Shown: one piece after another, positions 57,240-64,000 of the stretch
Position numbering within the stretch: position 1 is the first letter of the stretch
How the letters are laid out: every line of letters begins with the position of its first letter
NCBI GenBank assembly: GCA_037440765.1
Contig: JBBITL010000018.1
Location: 3,295-67,294, forward strand
From: Solibacteraceae bacterium
GTDB taxonomy: Bacteria; Acidobacteriota; Terriglobia; Bryobacterales; Bryobacteraceae
Direction: 5' to 3'
Length of the DNA: 64,000 nucleotides
Translations under genes and position numbers: made by a program
Notes under the pieces: model-generated
The model's input: the letters and a program-made list of their open reading frames with translations, nothing else
Database searches by the model: none
What the model was told of the DNA's origin: nothing

Positions 57240-60200
57240 ATGAAGTCAATGAAAGCAGTGGTGTCTCTGCTTATCTTAATCTCGCTGCTGGCCGTGTTGC
57301 CGGCAGCCAACGCCCAGAGCATCACCGGGCAGGTCTCCGGACGGGTGGTCGATCCGGGCCGCGCCATCGTTGTCGGCGCCACCGTCCAGTTGACGGCGGA
57401 TCTCACGCAGCAGGTCCGCGAGTTTACCACGGATGCCCAGGGCACGTTCGTGTTCACCGGGCTGATACCTGGCAACTACAACCTGCGCGTCACGCACGCA
57501 GGTTTTCGGGCCTATGACCTGAAGGCCATTGCCGTCACCGCCCAGCAGAGGGTGAATCTTCCGGATGTCATCCTCACCGTGGGCGACGTGGCGACGTCGG
57601 TGGAGGTACAGGCCGCCGCGGTCTACGTGGCCACCGACAGCTCGGACCGCAGCGTGAGCATCGGTCTCACCCAGATTGCGGACACCCCGTTGCGGGGCCG
57701 GAACCCGCTGTCGCTCATCCTCACGCTGCCGGGGGTCCAGACGCTAGCCTCCAGCGACAACCGCGGCTGGGGCGGAGGGGGCATTCCGGCCGTCAACGGC
57801 GGGCAGACCGGCCAGGTGATCCTCAACATCGACGGCGTAGCCAGCCAGGACTCCGGCAATCTGAACCCCGGATACCTGTCGCCGAGCATCGACGCCATCG
57901 GCGAAGTGCGCCTGCTGGTATCCAACTACTCGGCCGAATATGGAGGGCGCACCGGCGGGCAGTACAACCTGACCATCAGGAGCGGCGGCGCAGACTATCG
58001 CGGGACCGCGTACTACTACTGGCGGCATGAGCAGTTCAACGCCAACGAGTGGTTCAACAACAAACTGCTGCGCCCCAAGCCGAGGTACCGGTTCCAGAAT
58101 TTCGGCGGCTCCATCGGGGGACCGCTGCTGATCCCCGGCACCGGGTTCAACCAGAGCCGGACCAAGGTGTTCTTCTTCTTCCTCGTGGATCACACGCGAA
58201 ACCGGGAGACCATCGACAACTCCTTCACCATGCCCTCGGCGATGGAGCGGGCCGGGGACTTCTCGGACACCAGGACTACGACCGGAGCCCTGATACCGAT
58301 CACCGATCCGACCACCAAGCTGCCCTACGCCGGAAACAGGATTCCCGCCAGCATGATCAGCCCCGCCGGGCAGGCTATGCTGAATCTGTTCCCGATGCCG
58401 GACCCGCTGGGATTCGCCCTCGATACATCCGGCGCGCGCAGGTTCAACTACCGGGCGTTGCTCGGCAGATCGCGCCCGAACGAGAACAAGATCCTGCGCG
58501 TGGACTACAACATCGGGCCGAAGACGACCTCCTTTGTGCGCCTGATGCAGGACTACCAGGCCGTTGACGGGTACGCCGGCACGGTTGGTCCTCAGGGCGG
58601 CAACTGGGGACAATTCCCTCACAGCTACAACGTCCGGGCCGCCGGGGCCGTGGGCACGCTGGTTCACACCTTCACTCCGACCCTGGTCAACGAATCCACC
58701 TGGGGAGTCAATCGCGGCAGGCAAGGGGTTAATCCTCTGGATGAGGTGACCAGCACCGCGACCGGCGGCGCCAAGACATACGAGGACAGCCTGCTGCCGC
58801 TCAAGGACGCAACAGGCAAGACCATTGCGCTGCCGCGCATCTTCCCCGGCAGCAACACCATGGGTCTGAAGCCCGGCGTGCACTTCGGCTTCCCCACCGG
58901 TTTCAGCGCGCAGTCGGCCGGCCAGACCATCTCAAGCGTCCCGGTGTTCCGCCACGATCCCCGCTGGCCGTTCGTGGGCACCGACACGGTGCAGACCATC
59001 TCCAACAAGACCACCTGGATCAGCGGCGCTCACAACCTGAAGGTGGGAGTCTACATTGAGCGGATGGCCCGCAACGTAAGCGTCTACTCGATCCACAACA
59101 CCGCCGGGACCTACTACTTCGGCTCGGACCGCGCTGCCCCCCTTGACACCGGGTTCCCGTACTCCAATGCGCTGATCGGCAGCATTTTCGCTTACGGCGA
59201 CGACAACATCAAGCAGATCAACCGCGCGCGCTACACGCAGATCGAGTGGTACGTGCAGGATACCTGGAAAGTCGTTCCCAGGCTCACGCTGGATCTCGGG
59301 TTGCGTTTCCACCGGGTGGGCGACCTGTATTCCAAGGGCGCCAAACTCGGCTTCTTCCGCGAAGCGGATTATGACCGCAGCAAGAGCGGGCAACTGCTGT
59401 TCCCGGCCTGCGCCGTCCCGACCGCCGGCACCTGCGCCACCGCCAACCGGATCGCCATCAACCCGGTGACCGGGGCGAGGTTCCCCTTCGTCCGGCAGGG
59501 CACCTTCGACAAGGCCACATACCCTGTCAACGGCATGCCATATTCGGGCATCCGCCTGTATGACAGCCGTTTCTTCAACATCGGCCCCATCAAGTTGGCC
59601 CCGCGCCTGGGCTTTGCCTACGACGTGTTCGGCAACGGGAAGACGGCTGTTCGCGGCGGCTTCGGCTCCATCGTGGGCCGCAACTGGACGGTGGACAGTA
59701 TCGGAGCGGGGGCTGACGGCATGGGCCCCATAAACGCGCCGCCCACGTTCCTTGCGCCGATTGTCCTGTACACCGACTTCAACAGCCTGGCGACGGCTGA
59801 CAACTACCTGACGCCCCAGACGGTGTTCGGCGGGCCGCAGGATGAGAAACCCATCACCACCTACAACTGGAGCTTCGGCATCCAGCATGAGGTCGGCCGC
59901 GGTATGATCGCAGACGTGTCCTACGTGGGCAACACCGTCCGGCATGGCTACGGCCAGGCGATCGACTTCAACGCCGTGCCGCCGTACACCACCTGGAACC
60001 CGACCGACGGCCAGATCCAGCGGTTCCGCGACCCCACCGGCGCCGGCTTCTACTCCACCGACCTGATCCGGTCGATGGTGGGCTTTAACGGTCTCAGCAG
60101 CATTCCCATATGGACGTTCCTCCGGAACGCGAACTATCACTCTCTCCAGACGCAGTTGAACCGCCGGACTGGCAACCTGCAATGGAATCTGAACTACACC

Positions 60201-60890
60201 TTCGCCAAGCAGATCACCTACAACAACACCACCGGCTTCCAGTGGGTGGACCGCAAGCTCAGCAAGTCGATCAGCGGCCGCAAGCACGCCGTTAATTTCA
60301 ACTTCGGATACGGGCTTCCGGCCGGCAGCAGTCTGCTTGGACGGCACGTGATCGCCCGGCACGCGCTTGACGGCTGGAGAATCAACGGCAACGGCGCCAT
60401 CTTCAGCGGCACGCCCTTCAGCTTCGGTTGCGGCGCCACGGCAGCCCCGGCCGGCCAGTGGACCGGCACGCCCACCGGCGGCATCCCGTTCCGCTGCCAG
60501 ATGGGAGACAGCATTTTCCTCCCGGCGGGGCAGTTCCCGTCGGCCACCGAGGACACCAGGTTGCAGTACGCGTTCAACGCGGACAACTTCCAGTTGCCGC
60601 CGCCGGCGTCGCTGGGCATCGGCAACACCCCGCCGGACTTGCTCTGGGGGCCAGGGGCGTTCAACCTTGATCTTTCCGTGGGCAAGCAGTTTCCGGTCGC
60701 GGAGGGCAGGTCGCTCGAGATCAGGGCCGAGTCCTTCAACACGCTGAACCATTTCAACCCCGGCAACCCGAACACCACAATCACCCGGCACTTCACGACC
60801 GGGGCTCAGACCAATGCCAGCTTTGGCATTATCAGCGGCGCGCAGGTGGGCTCCCGCCGGGTGATTCTATCGGCAAGATTCAGATTCTGA
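57240..60890 (+). CDS. TonB-dependent receptor with CarboxypepD_reg N-domain (TBDR-3)
   Basis: Trimmed to MKSMKAVVSLLILISLLAVLPAANAQ (RBS GGAAGGGAAGGGG upstream). GRVVDPGRAIVVGATVQLT, plug/barrel strings, C-terminal SARFRF. Confidence 0.9.
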   Translation: MKSMKAVVSLLILISLLAVLPAANAQSITGQVSGRVVDPGRAIVVGATVQLTADLTQQVREFTTDAQGTFVFTGLIPGNYNLRVTHAGFRAYDLKAIAVTAQQRVNLPDVILTVGDVATSVEVQAAAVYVATDSSDRSVSIGLTQIADTPLRGRNPLSLILTLPGVQTLASSDNRGWGGGGIPAVNGGQTGQVILNIDGVASQDSGNLNPGYLSPSIDAIGEVRLLVSNYSAEYGGRTGGQYNLTIRSGGADYRGTAYYYWRHEQFNANEWFNNKLLRPKPRYRFQNFGGSIGGPLLIPGTGFNQSRTKVFFFFLVDHTRNRETIDNSFTMPSAMERAGDFSDTRTTTGALIPITDPTTKLPYAGNRIPASMISPAGQAMLNLFPMPDPLGFALDTSGARRFNYRALLGRSRPNENKILRVDYNIGPKTTSFVRLMQDYQAVDGYAGTVGPQGGNWGQFPHSYNVRAAGAVGTLVHTFTPTLVNESTWGVNRGRQGVNPLDEVTSTATGGAKTYEDSLLPLKDATGKTIALPRIFPGSNTMGLKPGVHFGFPTGFSAQSAGQTISSVPVFRHDPRWPFVGTDTVQTISNKTTWISGAHNLKVGVYIERMARNVSVYSIHNTAGTYYFGSDRAAPLDTGFPYSNALIGSIFAYGDDNIKQINRARYTQIEWYVQDTWKVVPRLTLDLGLRFHRVGDLYSKGAKLGFFREADYDRSKSGQLLFPACAVPTAGTCATANRIAINPVTGARFPFVRQGTFDKATYPVNGMPYSGIRLYDSRFFNIGPIKLAPRLGFAYDVFGNGKTAVRGGFGSIVGRNWTVDSIGAGADGMGPINAPPTFLAPIVLYTDFNSLATADNYLTPQTVFGGPQDEKPITTYNWSFGIQHEVGRGMIADVSYVGNTVRHGYGQAIDFNAVPPYTTWNPTDGQIQRFRDPTGAGFYSTDLIRSMVGFNGLSSIPIWTFLRNANYHSLQTQLNRRTGNLQWNLNYTFAKQITYNNTTGFQWVDRKLSKSISGRKHAVNFNFGYGLPAGSSLLGRHVIARHALDGWRINGNGAIFSGTPFSFGCGATAAPAGQWTGTPTGGIPFRCQMGDSIFLPAGQFPSATEDTRLQYAFNADNFQLPPPASLGIGNTPPDLLWGPGAFNLDLSVGKQFPVAEGRSLEIRAESFNTLNHFNPGNPNTTITRHFTTGAQTNASFGIISGAQVGSRRVILSARFRF

Positions 60891-60895
60891 GGATG

Positions 60896-60915
60896 GGCAG
60901 GTCGTCGGACCTGCC
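60896..60915 (+). other. 8-bp GC hairpin (GGCAGGTC-gtcg-GACCTGCC) between TBDR-3 and the oxidoreductase gene
   Basis: Perfect inverted repeat read directly, 6 nt after the TGA and 13 nt before the ATG. No U-tract. Confidence 0.3.
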
Positions 60916-60927
60916 AGGGACAACTCG

Positions 60928-62334
60928 ATGAAAGAGAAAAAGAACAAGAGGGTTTCACGAAGGAGCTTTGTGACTGCTACGGGCGCCGCTGCTGCGGCGC
61001 CCCTTCTTTTGCCGGGGACCGTCCTCGGGCAAGCCGGAGGCGCGCCTCCGGGCCAGGCGCCCGGCCCGCCGGGTGGACAGGGCGCCGGGCCAGCGGTGGT
61101 CGCCCGGGCCGGTCTGCTCGACAGGATCGTTTTCGCCGGCATAGGTATCCGCGGACGCGGCATGAACGTCCTGCGGCAGATGATCACCGACGACCGGGTG
61201 CATTTCACGGCCATCGCCGACGTGCAGGAGAGTTCCCGCGAGGCCGTGAAGAGCTTCGTGGACGGATACTACGGCAACAACGAGTGCCGGATGTACCGCG
61301 ATCCGGCGGAGATTATGGCGCGCCAGGACGTGGACGCCCTGCTGATCGCCACCAGCGACCGCTGGCACGGCCCCATGGGGATCTGGGCCGCCCAGGCCGG
61401 CAAGGACATGTTCTGCGAGAAGCCGGCAGCCATGTCCATAGCGGAGAGCTACGCCCTGGCGGACAATGTGCGCCGCTATGGCGTCGTATACCAGTCCGGC
61501 GCGCAGCGCAAGAATCAGTTCGCCTTCGAGTTTGCGGTGGGGCTGGCCCGCAGCGGCATGCTCGGCAGGCTGCTGGCCGTGCACGCCGATACCGCCATCG
61601 GCCTGGGGACGGTCGACGAGGGCGGACACGGATGGTGGCCGGAAGAGAAGCCGGAGCCGGACCCGCTGGTGATCGATTGGGACAAGTGGCTTGGGCCGTG
61701 CCTGTGGCGGCCCTGGAATTCCCGCTACCCCACCCAGGGCCGCGGCCAGTTCTGGGATTTCCACGCGGGCCTGCTGGAGTGGTCCTCTCACACCGTCGCC
61801 ATGGCGCAATGGGCGGCCGACATGGAGCACACCGAGCCCGTCGAGTACGTGCCCGAGGGCGGCGATTTCAGAGGAGACGGCCTGATCAACCGGTACACGA
61901 TCTACTGCAAGTACGCCAACGGGGTCCAACTGATCCTGCGCAATCATAGCTGGAGAGGCCTTGGTTCATGCAGCAACCTGTTCGAGGGCACCGATGGGTG
62001 GGTCGAAACGGGCGACAGCGGCAGGATCGAGGTGTCGCCGAACCTGAAGTCGCTGGTGCCCACCAGGACGGGGGTCAGGCTAGACCCCACCGGCGAGCAC
62101 ATAAGGGAGTTCATCCACAGCATCCGTTCGCGGATACCGCCGCGGGCGAATGCCGAAGTGACCGCCCACACCCACGTGGCCTCCCACGCGGCCTGGATCG
62201 CGGCGCAGTTGAACCGCAAGGTTGTGTGGGATCCGGCCAAGCGCGCGTTCATAGGCGACGAGGAGGCCAACCGCATGCGCAGCCGGGCCTACCGGGAGCC
62301 GTGGCGTGTGGAATCGCTGGCTACCACGATGTAG
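60928..62334 (+). CDS. Tat-exported Gfo/Idh/MocA-family oxidoreductase (possibly GH109-like NAD-dependent glycosidase)
   Basis: 468 aa. Twin-arginine leader KRVSRRSFVTATGAAAAAPLLL, Gly/Pro linker, GIGIRGRG, CEKP, DWDKWLGPC, GLGSCSNLFEGTDGWVETGDSG. Confidence 0.85.
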   Translation: MKEKKNKRVSRRSFVTATGAAAAAPLLLPGTVLGQAGGAPPGQAPGPPGGQGAGPAVVARAGLLDRIVFAGIGIRGRGMNVLRQMITDDRVHFTAIADVQESSREAVKSFVDGYYGNNECRMYRDPAEIMARQDVDALLIATSDRWHGPMGIWAAQAGKDMFCEKPAAMSIAESYALADNVRRYGVVYQSGAQRKNQFAFEFAVGLARSGMLGRLLAVHADTAIGLGTVDEGGHGWWPEEKPEPDPLVIDWDKWLGPCLWRPWNSRYPTQGRGQFWDFHAGLLEWSSHTVAMAQWAADMEHTEPVEYVPEGGDFRGDGLINRYTIYCKYANGVQLILRNHSWRGLGSCSNLFEGTDGWVETGDSGRIEVSPNLKSLVPTRTGVRLDPTGEHIREFIHSIRSRIPPRANAEVTAHTHVASHAAWIAAQLNRKVVWDPAKRAFIGDEEANRMRSRAYREPWRVESLATTM

Positions 62335-62364
62335 GCGGGAGCATAGGATAAGGAGAGAACGAAA

Positions 62365-63195
62365 ATGCAAGCACCTGGACAGACGCAACAAGTACCGGGA
62401 GCGCCGGGACGCGGAGAACCCGGGCGCGGGGCCGCAGGGCAGGACCAGGCGCCCGCGCGAGGAGCAGGACGCGGGCCGGCGCCCAAGGTTCCTCCGGAAT
62501 TCGATGCCCTTCCCATCTGGACCTCGGATGCGCCGAAACTTGTCGCCATGGTGAAGGACCCCAATTCGACCCTTTTTCAGAAGGCGATCGCGTGCAAGAA
62601 GTTGTCCATCTCCGGAGGAAGGGAGGCGATAGCGCCCATGGCGGCGCTGCTGAATCATCCTCAACTGGCGTGTTACGCCCGCTTCGGGATGGAGCCGAAC
62701 CCGGATCCGTCCGTGGACGACGCATTCCGCGCCGCTCTTCCCACGCTGAAGGGCAAGCTTCAGGTGGGCGTGATTCATTCGATCGGCTTCCGCAAGGACG
62801 CCAAGGCGCTGGACGCCCTCGGCAAGCTGATCGGCGACAAAGACCCCGAGGTCGCCGGGGCCGCCGCGGCCTCGGTGGGAATGATCGGCGGGCCACAGGC
62901 CGCCAAGATCTTGCAGGCGGCTCTGAAGACCACCAAGGCGCCCGTGTTTCCAGTGGTGGCCCGTGCCTGCCTGATGTGCACAGAGGGGTTGATGGCGAGC
63001 AACCGCGCCCGGGCGCTGGAGCTGTACACCGAGCTCAGCGCAACCTCGATGCCCAAGCCGGTGCGCCTGGCGGCGCTGCGCGTGCTGAACGCCGCGGGGC
63101 CCGCGCCTCCCGGCGCCAGGAAGTGGCCGGCGCCGACCGGCGCCGCCGCCGATGCCGACACCAGCGGCTTCCTGGGCCGCGGGCGGCAGAACTAG
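62365..63195 (+). CDS. HEAT-repeat protein with Gly/Pro/Arg-rich N-terminus
   Basis: 276 aa. RBS AAGGAGAG. PGRGEPGRGAAGQ..ARGAGRGP, then HEAT-like helices (REAIAPMAALL, DAKALDALGKLI). No hydrophobic signal peptide. Confidence 0.7.
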   Translation: MQAPGQTQQVPGAPGRGEPGRGAAGQDQAPARGAGRGPAPKVPPEFDALPIWTSDAPKLVAMVKDPNSTLFQKAIACKKLSISGGREAIAPMAALLNHPQLACYARFGMEPNPDPSVDDAFRAALPTLKGKLQVGVIHSIGFRKDAKALDALGKLIGDKDPEVAGAAAASVGMIGGPQAAKILQAALKTTKAPVFPVVARACLMCTEGLMASNRARALELYTELSATSMPKPVRLAALRVLNAAGPAPPGARKWPAPTGAAADADTSGFLGRGRQN

Positions 63196-63283
63196 TGCCC
63201 GGGTTGCCGGGATGAAGGGTGACGGCGCCAGCGGCCCTGTGCGGCCGCTGGCGCCCCAGCGATTCACGGGAGACGAGGCATTC

Positions 63284-64000
63284 ATGCGAAAAGCACAACT
63301 TCTTTTGGCGGTCGTGGTGGTGGTGGCGGTTGCGGTGGTGGCTCAGCAGCGGGGGGGCCGAGGCGTGGGTGCGCCTGACGACAGCGCTGGCTTCGAGGCG
63401 ATCTTTGACGGCAAGTCGCTGGCCAATTGGGACGGCGAGCCGGGCTTCTGGCGGGTCGCCGATGGCTGCATCGTCGGTGAAACCACGGCCGACAATGTGT
63501 TGAAGCAGAACACGTTTTTGGTCTGGCGTGGAGGATCGGTCCGGGATTTTGAGCTGAAGCTGGAGTACAGGCTCACCGAGGCCGCCAACAGCGGCGTCCA
63601 GTACAGGAGCGTGATGGTGCCCGAGGTTTCCAAGTGGGCCATGCGCGGCTACCAGGCGGACATGGACGGCGCCAACAACTACACCGGCATGGTCTTTGAA
63701 GAACGCGGGCGCGGGTTCCTGGCGCCCCGGGGCAGGTTCAACCGGCTGGCCGGGGACAAGACCATGAAGCAGGTGGCCATTCTCGGCGAGGCGGACACCC
63801 TCAAGGCGGCCATCAAGACCGGCGCGGAATGGAACCAGATGCACATTATCGCCAAGGAGAACATGCTGGTTCACGTCATCAACGGACATGTCACGGCGGT
63901 CTTCCTGGACGAGGAGCCGCAGGGCCGCGCCACGGAGGGACTGCTTGGCCTCCAGCTTCACGTCGGCAAGCCCATGAAGAACGAGTTCCGCAACATTCTG
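63284..64000 (+). CDS. Secreted DUF1080 (PF06439) protein, 3' end outside the window
   Basis: Not in the ORF track (no stop inside the window); I translated it by hand from ATG 63284: MRKAQLLLAVVVVVAVAVVAQQ..FEAIFDGKSLANWDGEPGFWRVADGCIVGE..FLVWRGG..FELKLEYRL..ANSGVQYRS...LLGLQLHVG. Confidence 0.8.
   Translation, partial: MRKAQLLLAVVVVVAVAVVAQQRGGRGVGAPDDSAGFEAIFDGKSLANWDGEPGFWRVADGCIVGETTADNVLKQNTFLVWRGGSVRDFELKLEYRLTEAANSGVQYRSVMVPEVSKWAMRGYQADMDGANNYTGMVFEERGRGFLAPRGRFNRLAGDKTMKQVAILGEADTLKAAIKTGAEWNQMHIIAKENMLVHVINGHVTAVFLDEEPQGRATEGLLGLQLHVGKPMKNEFRNIL

Overview
GC-rich chromosomal segment (mid-60s % by eye, not computed). It looks like Acidobacteriota of the Solibacter/Bryobacterales type: three CarboxypepD_reg-type TonB-dependent receptors (TBDRs), an NHL protein ending in a TIGR03437-like 'Solibacter C-terminal' domain, and many DUF1080 and Gfo/Idh/MocA genes. 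I count about 45 protein genes. I found no rRNA, tRNA, CRISPR array, prophage or recognisable defence system. Housekeeping genes (metH 3' end, hrpB, mtaB, cysS, icd, lysA, deoC, larB, futalosine-pathway genes, pyk) are interleaved with carbohydrate-uptake loci. Main observations: (1) At 44.8-64 kb, two paralogous cassettes in inverted orientation (TBDR, Tat-signal Gfo/Idh/MocA oxidoreductase, HEAT-repeat protein with a Gly/Pro/Arg-rich N-terminus, DUF1080) flank a cytoplasmic cupin/oxidoreductase/TIM-barrel operon and two regulators. No classical glycoside hydrolase is present, so this is a candidate oxidative (keto-sugar) glycoside utilisation system. The left cassette is decaying: its receptor has 2 frameshifts and a 3' deletion fused onto the oxidoreductase Tat signal. 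(2) An uncharacterised 353-aa protein is paired with a V4R-like/PAS histidine kinase. (3) A ~600-bp non-coding region contains nested long-range helices and may encode a structured RNA. (4) Several genes carry lesions: an AGE epimerase with 2 frameshifts plus an in-frame TAG, mtaB with an in-frame TAG, and an internally deleted IS1182-like element with 23-bp inverted repeats. All functional calls come from motif recognition by eye on the supplied translations; no database search or folding program was run.
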